Below are positions 38,243-47,478 of a stretch of 64,000 bases of DNA, piece by piece. Where the stretch lies: contig JAGBJG010000008.1 in NCBI GenBank assembly GCA_017934595.1, positions 65,687-129,686 on the forward strand. The letters run 5' to 3'. The position numbers were made by a program, and so were the translations under genes. Source of the DNA: Bacilli bacterium. GTDB lineage: Bacteria > Bacillota_I > Bacilli_A > RF39 > UBA660. How positions within the stretch are numbered: position 1 is the first letter of the stretch; every line of letters starts with the position of its first letter. Below the pieces are notes generated by a model. It made no database searches. It was not told the origin of the DNA and was given only the letters and a program-made list of their open reading frames with translations.

Positions 38243-39583
38243 ATGAAGAAAAAGGGATTTACATTAATAGAGTTATTAGCAGTAATAGTAATATTAGCTA
38301 TAATAGCTTTAATATTAACACCAGTGATAAGTAATGTAATAGAAAGCGCACGTGAAGCTGCATTTAAACAAACGATAAATGGAGTACTATCAGCAGCAGA
38401 AAGTTATGTAACAGAACATATATTAGACAATAATGGGACAGATATGCAATATCCAATTACATTTACATGTGATGGCGTATCATGTAAGGATGAAAATAAT
38501 AATGAATTAGTGTTTAATGGAAAAGTACCGATAACAGGAACAGTAATTATAGAAGAAAATACTATAAGAGCAGAGGAATTATGTGATGGAAAACAATGTG
38601 GTTCTGGATCCAAAGAAAACGTAATAGTAAATAATGGTTCAACTCCAGTAGAAGCATGCAACGCTTCACCTGGTGATGTATGGTTATTTAATTATTTAGA
38701 TGAAACACATGAAACAAGATATCATACTTTTGCTATCCCATGTCGTGGAACATATAAATTTGAAGTATGGGGAGCTCAAGGCGGTTCAGTTGATTCATAC
38801 TATGGAGGTAAAGGTGGTTACTCTGTTGGTGAACTCCCATTAACTACTGCTGATACTTTATATATTGCTGTTGGTGGTCAAGGTGGTAAATCCGGATCTG
38901 GCGTAGTTTATGGTGGATACAATGGCGGTGGTAACGGCCATGGTGGAACATGTAATGGAAATGGAAATAGATGGGGGACTTCTGGTGGTGGAGCTACTCA
39001 TATAGCTAAAGTTCCTGGAGAATTACCGTTACTTGAATCTTATAAAGGTATATTAAGTGATAATGGTACTACCAATGATATATCTGATGATCATTATATA
39101 TCTGATTATATTTTAATTGTAGCCGGAGGCGGCGGTGGTGGTTTTAACATTGCAAATTGGATGTATGGACCTGGTGGCTTTGGTGGAGGTGCTGTTGGTG
39201 GAAATGGTACTCATAATAGTGCTGGTCAAACAACTGATTATGCTACAGGTGGTACACAAATATCTGCCGGTTACCCTGGTGATGGATATACAAGTATTTC
39301 ATCTAGAAGTGCTCGCTTTATAGAATATACAATTGCATCTTTTGGTCAAGGCGGTAATACCACTACTTGGGATTGTATAGAAGGCGGCGGAGGCGGCGGA
39401 GGCTTCTTTGGTGGTGGTTCTGGTTCAGAAACAGCAGGAGCTGGTGGATCTGGATATATAGGTGTACTAAGTAATGCTTCAATGATAGCTGGTAATTCAG
39501 CTATGCCAACATATGATGGAACATCAACAATGATAGGTAATGGTGGAAATGGATTTGCCAAAATTACATTTTTAGGTAATTAA
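38243..39583 (+). CDS. type IV prepilin-like N-terminus fused to a large glycine-rich domain (446 aa)
   Basis: MKKKGFTLIELLAVIVILAIIA class III signal, then YKFEVWGAQGG...YIAVGGQGG motifs and long G runs. Start at 38243 with RBS AGGAG. The ORF-track start at 38069 overlaps the tRNAs and is rejected. Confidence 0.6.
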   Translation: MKKKGFTLIELLAVIVILAIIALILTPVISNVIESAREAAFKQTINGVLSAAESYVTEHILDNNGTDMQYPITFTCDGVSCKDENNNELVFNGKVPITGTVIIEENTIRAEELCDGKQCGSGSKENVIVNNGSTPVEACNASPGDVWLFNYLDETHETRYHTFAIPCRGTYKFEVWGAQGGSVDSYYGGKGGYSVGELPLTTADTLYIAVGGQGGKSGSGVVYGGYNGGGNGHGGTCNGNGNRWGTSGGGATHIAKVPGELPLLESYKGILSDNGTTNDISDDHYISDYILIVAGGGGGGFNIANWMYGPGGFGGGAVGGNGTHNSAGQTTDYATGGTQISAGYPGDGYTSISSRSARFIEYTIASFGQGGNTTTWDCIEGGGGGGGFFGGGSGSETAGAGGSGYIGVLSNASMIAGNSAMPTYDGTSTMIGNGGNGFAKITFLGN

Positions 39584-39636
39584 ATAATATAAGATAACTG
39601 CATTTTTGCAGTTTTTTATTATATGAATATATTGAC

Positions 39637-39665
39637 AATTTGATTATAATAATTTATAATTAAGT
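39637..39665 (+). promoter_or_regulatory. perfect consensus promoter TTGACA, 17-nt spacer, TATAAT for tRNA-Ser
   Basis: -35 at 39637-39642; -10 at 39660-39665. Confidence 0.55.
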
Positions 39666-39673
39666 AGTCAGTT

Positions 39674-39764
39674 GGAGTAGTACTCAAGAGGCTGAAGAGG
39701 CGCCCCTGCTAAGGGTGTAGACCGGGTAACTGGTGCGAAGGTTCAAATCCTTTCTACTCCGCCA
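39674..39764 (+). tRNA. tRNA-Ser (anticodon GCT), long variable arm
   Basis: Acceptor GGAGTAG/CTACTCC, anticodon loop CTGCTAA, 19-nt variable arm, CCA end; terminator follows at 39776-39805. Confidence 0.85.
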
Positions 39765-39858
39765 TGATGAAATTGAAGCAATAGACTCAAGTTTATTGCT
39801 TTTTTCATTGTAAAAAAAATATTAAATGATATACTATATACAGAATAGGAGAGTATAT

Positions 39859-41226
39859 ATGAAGGAAAAGGGATTTACATTAATAGAATTATTGGCAGTT
39901 ATAGTAATATTAGCTATAATAGCTTTAATAATAACTCCAATAATATCAAACGTTATTGATGCTTCTAGAAAAGCAGCCTTTAAAGAATCAGTAAATGGTA
40001 TTATTGATTCAGGAGGAAGTTATCTACAAGAATATATTTTAGCTCATAATGATGAATTAAATGATTTTCCAGTAGAATTTCCATGTGATGGAACAAAATG
40101 TGGAAATGATGAATTTACTTTAACATTTAAAGGAAATGTACCAAAAAGTGGAAATATCATAATTCAAAGAGATGGTATATTAGCTGAATATATCACAGAC
40201 GGAAAATACTGTGCATACGGATATAAATGGAATTTAGTAGTAGAAAATAGTTGTGGGGATGTAGATGTGACAAACCCAACAATTACAGGAACACAAAACG
40301 GAAAAGTTATAACATTAACAATGACAGATAATGAATCTGGAATAGATAGTTATTGTGCGACTAATGTTGATAGTACTGAAGGATGTAATTGGGTAGTACC
40401 AAGTAATGCTTCAAGTGAAGAATATGAAATAGCAGAAGCAGGAACAAAATATTTCTTTACTAAAGATAAAAAGGGAAATATTTCAGATAGTATTAATTTT
40501 ACAACGACATCAAATGATTATTGCCAATATATTTTAAATCCAATAGCTGGCGAATATGGATATAAAGGTAGTGTTCAATCATTTACAGTACCAGCTGATT
40601 GTCCTGGAACATATAAATTAGAAGTATGGGGAGCACAAGGTGGTAGTAGTACACAAGGTGGCTCTGGTGCCTATGGTGGTTATTCTTCTGGAACAGTAAA
40701 ACTAGCTGCTGGAACAGTATTATATATTGCAGTAGGAGGCCAAGGCGGCGCTGGTGGTGGTGGCTATAACGGCGGTGGATCTGCGTTTAGTATAAGTGGT
40801 GGCGGTGGCGGAGCTACACATATTGCTACTACTAACCGTGGTACATTATCAAATTATAATTCATATAGAAGTGAAGTTTTAATTGTTGCAGGTGGTGGCG
40901 GCGGAGTTGGTTTTTGGACAGATTATGGTCTTCAATTCTTAGCTGGTGGTGCTGGTGGTGGTACTACTGGTGGAAATAGTACACGTGGTGCTCAAGGTGG
41001 AACTCAAAGTAGTGGTTATGCCTTTGGTCAAGGTGGCAATGGGACATGTTATGGCGGTGGAGCTGGCGGCGGCGGCGGCTGGTATGGCGGCTATGGTATT
41101 AACTGTAATGATGGTGGTGGCGGCGGTGGTTCCGGATATATCGGCGGTGTAACCGACGGAACTACAACAGCTGGGCAACGTGCAGGACATGGTGGTGCTA
41201 AAATAACTTTCATAAGTTTTAATTAA
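39859..41226 (+). CDS. type IV prepilin-like N-terminus fused to a large glycine-rich domain (455 aa), paralog of 38243-39583
   Basis: MKEKGFTLIELLAVIVILAIIA, then YKLEVWGAQGG...YIAVGGQGG and G runs; C-terminal AKITFISFN, like AKITFLGN in the paralog. Confidence 0.6.
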   Translation: MKEKGFTLIELLAVIVILAIIALIITPIISNVIDASRKAAFKESVNGIIDSGGSYLQEYILAHNDELNDFPVEFPCDGTKCGNDEFTLTFKGNVPKSGNIIIQRDGILAEYITDGKYCAYGYKWNLVVENSCGDVDVTNPTITGTQNGKVITLTMTDNESGIDSYCATNVDSTEGCNWVVPSNASSEEYEIAEAGTKYFFTKDKKGNISDSINFTTTSNDYCQYILNPIAGEYGYKGSVQSFTVPADCPGTYKLEVWGAQGGSSTQGGSGAYGGYSSGTVKLAAGTVLYIAVGGQGGAGGGGYNGGGSAFSISGGGGGATHIATTNRGTLSNYNSYRSEVLIVAGGGGGVGFWTDYGLQFLAGGAGGGTTGGNSTRGAQGGTQSSGYAFGQGGNGTCYGGGAGGGGGWYGGYGINCNDGGGGGGSGYIGGVTDGTTTAGQRAGHGGAKITFISFN

Positions 41227-41334
41227 CATTAAGTCTTACTTAATGTTTTTTAATTCCTACTATTTTAGTAGAAATTACATATTTTAGGTTTAATATCTAT
41301 AAATATATGGTATAATTAACTATAGGTGATGTTT

Positions 41335-42456
41335 ATGATATATTTAGATTATTCAGCTACAACTCCTGTAAATAAGGATGTATTAAATAGCTTTGATAAA
41401 GTATGTTTAGATTATCCAGGTAATCCTAATTCATTACATAAATTAGGTACTAGTAACGCTAAATTAATTATGGATGCAACTAAGCAAATAAAAGAATTAT
41501 TAAATATCAATGATATGGAAGTAATTTATACATCTGGTGCATCAGAATCTAATAATACTGTAATTAAAGGTGTTGCTTCTAAATATAGCAATAGAGGTAA
41601 ACATATAATTACATCTCCATTTGAACATTCTAGTGTAAATGCACCACTTAACTATTTAGCTAGTAATGGTTATGATGTAGATTTTGTAGAATTAAATGAA
41701 GATGGGACAGTTAATTTAGATAATTTAAAAAGCTTAATGAGAGATGATACAATCTTAGTATCTATTTCAGCTGTTAATTCAGAATTAGGTATCAGACAAC
41801 CTATAGAAGAAATCGCTAAAATAGTAAAAGAATATCCTAAATGCTTTTTCCATAGTGATATGACACAAAGTATTGGTAAAATTAATATTCCAATTAAAGA
41901 TATTGATTTTGTAAGTTTTACTGCTCATAAATTCTTTGGACTTAAAGGAATAGGCGTCTTACTAAAAAAAGAATCTATAGTTATTGAACCGTTAATTCAT
42001 GGTGGTAAATCAACATCTATTTATAGATCTGGTACACCTTCATCTGCATTAATAGTATCAATTTCTAAAGCATTAAGATTAGCATTAGAAAATCAAAATG
42101 AAAAAATTGAACATATAAGAAAGTTAAACGATTATTTAAAAGAAAATATTAAAGATTTAGAAGGAGTATATATAAATAGTACTGATAAATCTATACCACA
42201 TATATTTAATATGAGTATTATTGGTGTTAAACCTGAGACTATGTTACATGCATTAGAATCTCATGATATTTATATATCAACTCAATCTGCATGTGCTAAG
42301 GGAGATGTTTCTAAAGCAGTACTTGCCTTAACTCATGATGAAGAAAGAGCTAAATCATCAATAAGAGTAAGTATATCTTATGTAACTGAAAAGCGTGAAA
42401 TAGATGAATTCATTAAATGGTTTAAGGTATGCTTGAAGGAGTTAAGATTAAAATGA
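41335..42456 (+). CDS. cysteine desulfurase / class V aminotransferase (NifS/IscS-like)
   Basis: PLP-lysine motif FTAHKFFG; N-terminal YLDYSATTP; RBS AGGTGA. Confidence 0.8.
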   Translation: MIYLDYSATTPVNKDVLNSFDKVCLDYPGNPNSLHKLGTSNAKLIMDATKQIKELLNINDMEVIYTSGASESNNTVIKGVASKYSNRGKHIITSPFEHSSVNAPLNYLASNGYDVDFVELNEDGTVNLDNLKSLMRDDTILVSISAVNSELGIRQPIEEIAKIVKEYPKCFFHSDMTQSIGKINIPIKDIDFVSFTAHKFFGLKGIGVLLKKESIVIEPLIHGGKSTSIYRSGTPSSALIVSISKALRLALENQNEKIEHIRKLNDYLKENIKDLEGVYINSTDKSIPHIFNMSIIGVKPETMLHALESHDIYISTQSACAKGDVSKAVLALTHDEERAKSSIRVSISYVTEKREIDEFIKWFKVCLKELRLK

Positions 42457-42713
42457 AAATAGTAAAGATAAACGCTTTATGGTGTAGTGGTTGTCTTTAT
42501 ATGAAAAAAGTATGGAAAGAAGTATTAAATATTTATCCAGATTTAGAAATAGAAGAATATGATTTAGATATGGATGAAGAAATGGCTAAATCATATAATC
42601 CTGGAGATACTCTTCCTGTCGCTATTTTCTATAAAGGTGATACTGAATATAAAAGATTATGTGGTGAACATAATAAAGATGAAATTATAGACATAATTAA
42701 GGAGTGCATATGA
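42453..42713 (+). CDS. small thioredoxin-like protein (WCSGC)
   Basis: CxxC motif in a thioredoxin-like context; RBS AAGGAG. Confidence 0.6.
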   Translation: MKIVKINALWCSGCLYMKKVWKEVLNIYPDLEIEEYDLDMDEEMAKSYNPGDTLPVAIFYKGDTEYKRLCGEHNKDEIIDIIKECI

Positions 42714-43891
42714 AAAAAATATATTGGTTAATAATAAGTTTATTAATATTATTACCTATAGGTGTGGAAGCTAAAAAAGATGTATATTTATTCCATGATT
42801 ATACATGTATGCATTGTAAAGCTGAAATAGAATATTTAAATAGTGTTAAAGATGAATATGATCTAGATCTACATCTATATGAAATAGGTGATAGAACTGC
42901 TTCATATTATAATGATAATGTAGATTTATTTAAGAAAATAAGTGATAAATTAGGAATTAATAAAAGTAATAAATTTCCGTTTACTATTATTGGAGATAGA
43001 TACTATATAGGTTTTGATGATAGTACAGAAAAATCTATGGATAATTTATTAAAAGAATTTGATAATAGTATAAATGTATTTGAGAAAGTAGTTAATGATG
43101 AAGATGTTTCAGATATTAATATGAAGTATGGGGAATTTAATGAAATAAAAATATTTGGTCATACCATAAATATTAATAAGATGCCGCTTCCTATAATAGC
43201 TACAGTAATAGGTTTTATAGATGGCTTTAATCCATGTGCGATGTGGGTATTAATATTCTTAATAACAATGCTTATGAATATGAAGAACAAAAAAAGAATG
43301 TGGACTTTAGGTATAACATTCTTAGTTACTTCTGCATTTGTATATTTGCTTATTATGCTTGCGTGGTTAACTCTTATAGGTAGCTTATCAACTATTACAT
43401 GGTTTAGATTAGGAATAGCTTTAGTTGCTTTAATAGGTGGATTAGTTAACTTAAATAGCTTCAGAAAGAGTCTTAAAAAAGATGATGGTTGTGAAGTAGT
43501 AGATGAAAAAAAGAGAAAGAAAATTATAACTCGTATTAAGAAAATAGTAACTGAAAAATCATTTATATTAGCTTTAATAGGAGTTATGGCATTAGCTATA
43601 TCAGTAAATGTAATTGAACTTGCATGCTCTGCAGGACTTCCTATGGCATTTACTCAAATATTAGCGATTAATACTTTATCTACATTTGAATATATGATTA
43701 ATATATTAATATATATATTCTTCTTCTTAATCGACGATATTATCGTATTTGTAATAGCTATGTTAACATTGAATGTAACAGGTATATCTACTAAGTATAC
43801 TAAGTATTCTCATTTAGTAGGTGGTATTATAATGGTTATAATAGCAGTACTTATGGTATTTAAACCTGAATGGTTGATGTTTAATATTTAG
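42710..43891 (+). CDS. thiol-disulfide oxidoreductase: N-terminal thioredoxin-like domain (CMHC) fused to a CcdA/DsbD-like membrane domain
   Basis: Signal peptide, YTCMHCK CxxC, then about 6 TM with GFNPCAMW (DsbD/CcdA family cysteine). Confidence 0.6.
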   Translation: MKKIYWLIISLLILLPIGVEAKKDVYLFHDYTCMHCKAEIEYLNSVKDEYDLDLHLYEIGDRTASYYNDNVDLFKKISDKLGINKSNKFPFTIIGDRYYIGFDDSTEKSMDNLLKEFDNSINVFEKVVNDEDVSDINMKYGEFNEIKIFGHTININKMPLPIIATVIGFIDGFNPCAMWVLIFLITMLMNMKNKKRMWTLGITFLVTSAFVYLLIMLAWLTLIGSLSTITWFRLGIALVALIGGLVNLNSFRKSLKKDDGCEVVDEKKRKKIITRIKKIVTEKSFILALIGVMALAISVNVIELACSAGLPMAFTQILAINTLSTFEYMINILIYIFFFLIDDIIVFVIAMLTLNVTGISTKYTKYSHLVGGIIMVIIAVLMVFKPEWLMFNI

Positions 43892-43920
43892 TTGATATAT
43901 TTAATAAAATATTATATAAT
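43892..43920 (+). promoter_or_regulatory. promoter TTGATA, 17-nt spacer, TATAAT driving sRNA copy 2
   Basis: -35 at 43892-43897; -10 at 43915-43920 (perfect). Confidence 0.5.
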
Positions 43921-43927
43921 GTATTTA

Positions 43928-44034
43928 GTGAAGGAAACTTCATACAATATAAAAAGGAGATACTCGATTTCCATAGTCGGGCATCGCCATATAGGTTTGG
44001 CCTAGTCTATGCTTAGATTAGGCATTTTTCTTTT
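43928..44034 (+). ncRNA. candidate ~107-nt sRNA (type I antitoxin-like), copy 2
   Basis: 5' hairpin GAAG-GAAA-CUUC; AAAAAGGAG with no start codon after it; 10-bp terminator stem 44000-44023 plus U-tract. 5' 35 nt ~80% identical to 19311-19345. Confidence 0.45.
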
Positions 44035-44111
44035 AATAACAGAAGCAGTAAAGCAACTGATAAAAAAAGGATAATTATTATTAGAAAAGATATTTCAGTA
44101 TCCTTCTTCAT
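44013..44111 (-). CDS. 32-aa hydrophobic peptide MKKDTEISFLIIIILFLSVALLLLLLKEKCLI (type I toxin-like)
   Basis: RBS GGAGG 9 nt upstream; single TM with a Lys-rich C-tail; 3' end overlaps the sRNA terminator. It is the internal start of the longer ORF-track entry 44013..44228. Confidence 0.5.
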   Translation of the reverse strand: MKKDTEISFLIIIILFLSVALLLLLLKEKCLI

Positions 44112-44199
44112 AATTATCAGCCTCCTTCCATTATCTAAGTAGTAAAATAAGGTAATGAAGGAATTTGGCAATGCCAAACAATCTTGTATCTCCAAAATA

Positions 44200-44228
44200 A
44201 TTATATCAAAAATATGTTCGTATATCAA
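44200..44228 (-). promoter_or_regulatory. promoter TTGATA, 17-nt spacer, TATAAT for the toxin-like peptide mRNA (minus strand)
   Basis: It gives a ~80-nt 5'UTR containing UCCUUC, complementary to the SD GAAGGA. Confidence 0.4.
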
Positions 44229-44293
44229 TTATTAAATTGATATATTTTTAATTTTAAAAAATAATGATATAATACTTCTAGTCAGGTGATACT

Positions 44294-45106
44294 ATGGATT
44301 ATAAAGAGATAGAAAGAAGTATAATTACTAAATATAGAAAAACTATATGGAGTAACTTTGTTAAAGCTATAAAAGAATATAAACTAATTAATGATGGAGA
44401 TAAAATAATGGTATGTATAAGTGGAGGTAAAGATTCATTTTTACTTGCCAAATGTATAGAAGAATTACATAAACATAGTAAGATTAAATTTGATGTATGT
44501 TATGTATCCATGAATCCAGGATATAATAAAGAAAATATGGATAAGATAGTGGAAAATGCCAAAAGATTAAATATTAATTTAGAAGTATTTGAAACAGATA
44601 TATTTGCTGTAGCTAATAAATTAAATAATGAACATCCTTGTTATATGTGTGCCAGAATGAGAAGAGGGCATCTATATAATAAAGCAAAAGAATTGGGATG
44701 TAATAAAATAGCCTTAGGTCATCATATGAATGATGTAGTTGAGACATCATTATTATCTATGTTGTATGCAGGAGAAATTAAAACAATGTTACCAAAATTA
44801 CCAAGTGATAATTTCCCTGGATTAGAGCTTATAAGACCATTATATTATATTTTAGAAGAAGATATTATTTCATGGGCTAAAACAAATAATTTACAATTTA
44901 TTAACTGTGCATGTAAATTCACAGAAAGAAAAGATGAAAACGCTAGTAAAAGATTAGAAATGAAAAATTTAATTAAAGAACTTAAAAAGGTAAATCCTAG
45001 AGTTGAATATAATATATTAAAAAGTTTAGATAATATTAATTTAAACTGTGTGTTAGGTTATAAGAAAAATGGTGAATATCATAGTTTTATGAATGAAGAT
45101 AAGTAG
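44294..45106 (+). CDS. ttcA: tRNA 2-thiocytidine(32) synthetase TtcA-like PP-loop ATPase
   Basis: PP-loop SGGKDS and CxxC Fe-S motifs (CYMCARMRRG, NCAC). Confidence 0.7.
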   Translation: MDYKEIERSIITKYRKTIWSNFVKAIKEYKLINDGDKIMVCISGGKDSFLLAKCIEELHKHSKIKFDVCYVSMNPGYNKENMDKIVENAKRLNINLEVFETDIFAVANKLNNEHPCYMCARMRRGHLYNKAKELGCNKIALGHHMNDVVETSLLSMLYAGEIKTMLPKLPSDNFPGLELIRPLYYILEEDIISWAKTNNLQFINCACKFTERKDENASKRLEMKNLIKELKKVNPRVEYNILKSLDNINLNCVLGYKKNGEYHSFMNEDK

Positions 45107-45177
45107 CAATTCTACTAAAAGTAGGTTGCTATTTTTTTTATTTAACTTTATACTTAAATTAGAGTAGGAGGGAATGT

Positions 45178-46086
45178 ATGAATTACGATAACATAGGTGA
45201 ATTCATAAAAGAAAGAAGAAAAGCTAAAGGTTTAACTCAAAAAGAATTAGCAGTTAAATTAGGTGTTACTGATAAGGCTGTATCTAAATGGGAAACAGGA
45301 TTAGGTTGTCCAGATGTATCTATATTAGAAATCTTATCTAAAGAATTAGATTGTTCTATCTTAGAATTACTTAAAGGTAGAGAAATAGTAGATGAAGTTA
45401 TACCAGTTACTGAGGCAGATGATTATATTAAAACATCTATGAAGTATGGTGAAAATAATTTTAAAAAATTAATAAATAAAGTAATCGCATTTATAGTAAT
45501 ATTTATTGTTTCAATATTATTTATACTAAATATAATTAATATATATAATCAAAGATTAAAATACCCACGCAATGATCTTATATCAAAGCAAATAGCAGAA
45601 AAAATTGATTTAATAAATAAAAATATTAGTATTATTGAAAAACACCAAGGTAAATATAGTAAAGAAGATTATAATACTATAATATCTATTCTTCATGACG
45701 CTAAAAAAGATATAGAAAGTAATCCATATGTTAAATATAGCGGTGATGAATTATCATTGGGTGATTTATATGTTATGGATAGATTAGGAATAAAATACAC
45801 TGATAATATAACGTTACTTAAATTATTGACTAAATATGATAGCAGTAAAGAAGATTATGTTGAATTAATTGTAGAATCAATTGGTACACGTATGTTTTTA
45901 GGTAGTGCAATGGCAGAAGAACCAAGTGATTTAATGTATAGATATCAAATTGGAAAATATACTGATGAATTTGATTATAATCCTATGATACCTGTACAAG
46001 CTCGTGAATATGATATTTACTATAGACTAGGATTATATGTTAATGCAACAAAAATGATAATGGAAGTAGGTGATATACATGAATAA
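45178..46086 (+). CDS. XRE-family HTH transcriptional regulator with TM segment
   Basis: HTH LTQKELAVKLGVTDKAVSKWE; TM at ~110-130. Confidence 0.7.
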   Translation: MNYDNIGEFIKERRKAKGLTQKELAVKLGVTDKAVSKWETGLGCPDVSILEILSKELDCSILELLKGREIVDEVIPVTEADDYIKTSMKYGENNFKKLINKVIAFIVIFIVSILFILNIINIYNQRLKYPRNDLISKQIAEKIDLINKNISIIEKHQGKYSKEDYNTIISILHDAKKDIESNPYVKYSGDELSLGDLYVMDRLGIKYTDNITLLKLLTKYDSSKEDYVELIVESIGTRMFLGSAMAEEPSDLMYRYQIGKYTDEFDYNPMIPVQAREYDIYYRLGLYVNATKMIMEVGDIHE

Positions 46087-46783
46087 AATATTGTTTTGGA
46101 TTAAAAACATATTAAGTGTATTAGTACTTACGTTAATAGTTTTATATTCATTCAAAGTTATATTCAACAATATTATATTTATTTCATTATATGTTATATT
46201 CTTGATAGTTACATTAAAAGATATAATTAAGAAAGATAAAATAAATAATGATAAATTATATAATATTATTTCTATATTAGTATTATTTATTATATCATTT
46301 GTATATCTAAGAGTATTTATGGATTCTGGGTTCATACATAATTCTAGTTATTATATGGATATTATGAATATAACTAATATATATACTGACAATCATATGA
46401 TTAGTACATATATAGATCAAAATATGCTTTGGTTTAATATATCACTAGTATTATTATTACTATATAGATTTATGAATTATACAAGAGTTAAGAAAGAATA
46501 TTTATCTACATCTATAGTATTAATGATTATATCAATAATATCAATAATACCTAGTATTTATACATTGACATTAGTAGATATTGCAAGTAGATACTTAGAT
46601 GCTTCATTTTCAGCAAGTTATTTATTTATAACACTTATCTTAGTTGGTATTGAAGTATTTAGATTTATTCAAGGTAAATATAAAAATAAAATGTATATGT
46701 TTTGGGTATCTTTAGGATTTCATTTATTTGGCATTATTACATGTGCGATTCAAATGCATTATACATTTAAATATTGGCTATAA
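46079..46783 (+). CDS. polytopic membrane protein, unknown function
   Basis: About 6 TM; RBS GTAGGTGA before the ATG at 46079. Confidence 0.45.
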   Translation: MNKILFWIKNILSVLVLTLIVLYSFKVIFNNIIFISLYVIFLIVTLKDIIKKDKINNDKLYNIISILVLFIISFVYLRVFMDSGFIHNSSYYMDIMNITNIYTDNHMISTYIDQNMLWFNISLVLLLLYRFMNYTRVKKEYLSTSIVLMIISIISIIPSIYTLTLVDIASRYLDASFSASYLFITLILVGIEVFRFIQGKYKNKMYMFWVSLGFHLFGIITCAIQMHYTFKYWL

Positions 46784-46818
46784 AATAAATCTGTGATATA
46801 ATTTAAATGGTGATTATA

Positions 46819-46965
46819 ATGGAAGATAAAACATGTGGCTGCAGTGAAAATTGCACATGTGGGTGTCAAGAAGGTTCTGAATGCACTTGTAATGGTGAAT
46901 GTACATGTGGATGTGAATCAGATGAATGCACTTGTGAGGATTGTAATTGCGAAGAAAATAAATAA
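46819..46965 (+). CDS. 48-aa cysteine-rich peptide (17 Cys) MEDKTCGCSENCTCGCQEGSECTCNGECTCGCESDECTCEDCNCEENK; metallothionein-like or a modified-peptide precursor
   Basis: RBS GGTGAT 8 nt upstream; followed by two terminator hairpins (46978-46998 and 47017-47048); not in the ORF track. Confidence 0.5.
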   Translation: MEDKTCGCSENCTCGCQEGSECTCNGECTCGCESDECTCEDCNCEENK

Positions 46966-47053
46966 AAGAGTAGAAATGAAGTGAACCCCAAATAGTTCAC
47001 AAAATAAAAAAAGAGGTTAGATACATATTCTAATCTCTTTTTTTATTGACAAA

Positions 47054-47083
47054 TGTTATATGGTGTTATATACTGTTATATGT
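47054..47083 (+). promoter_or_regulatory. three tandem 10-bp repeats TGTTATATGG/TGTTATATAC/TGTTATATGT overlapping the promoter; likely the GntR (YtrA-like) operator
   Basis: Repeats lie between -35 TTGACA (47046-47051) and the RBS of the GntR gene. Confidence 0.4.
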
Positions 47084-47097
47084 AAGGAGGAATAACT

Positions 47098-47478
47098 ATG
47101 AAAATGATAATTAGTAATAGTAGTTCAGTACCTATATATGAACAAATAAAAAAATCCATTATTGATCAAATAATGAATGATGAATTGTTAGAAGATGAAG
47201 CAATACCTTCAATAAGAACATTAGCGCAGGATATAAAAATAAGTGTAATGACAATTAAGAAAGCATATGATGAGTTAGAAGAAGAAGGATATATCATAAC
47301 AAAACAAGGTAAAGGTAGCTTTGTCGCACCTAAGAATACTAATCTCGCAAAAGAACATGCACAAAAAGAATTGGAAAAACACATTAAAGATATTGTAGAT
47401 ATATCTAATAAATATGATATTTCAAAAGAAGATATAATAGATACATTTAATATATTTTATGGGAGTGAGGAAGAATGA
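47098..47478 (+). CDS. GntR-family transcriptional regulator (YtrA subfamily-like)
   Basis: wHTH PSIRTLAQDIKISVMTIKKAYDELEEEGYI; short C-terminal domain. Confidence 0.8.
   Translation: MKMIISNSSSVPIYEQIKKSIIDQIMNDELLEDEAIPSIRTLAQDIKISVMTIKKAYDELEEEGYIITKQGKGSFVAPKNTNLAKEHAQKELEKHIKDIVDISNKYDISKEDIIDTFNIFYGSEEE

Noticed and set aside
38404-41229. Several alternative-frame ORFs inside the glycine-rich genes (38404-38661, 39135-39323, 39346-39561, 40939-41229, 40946-41152)
   Set aside because: They are produced by long GGT/GGC codon runs, which read open as Pro-, Val- or Thr-rich frames on both strands. No RBS and low complexity.
44112-44228. Upstream part of the 71-aa ORF-track entry 44013..44228 (minus)
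   Set aside because: The long form would start without an RBS inside the promoter. The internal ATG at 44111, preceded by GGAGG, gives a compact 32-aa hydrophobic peptide consistent with locus 1.
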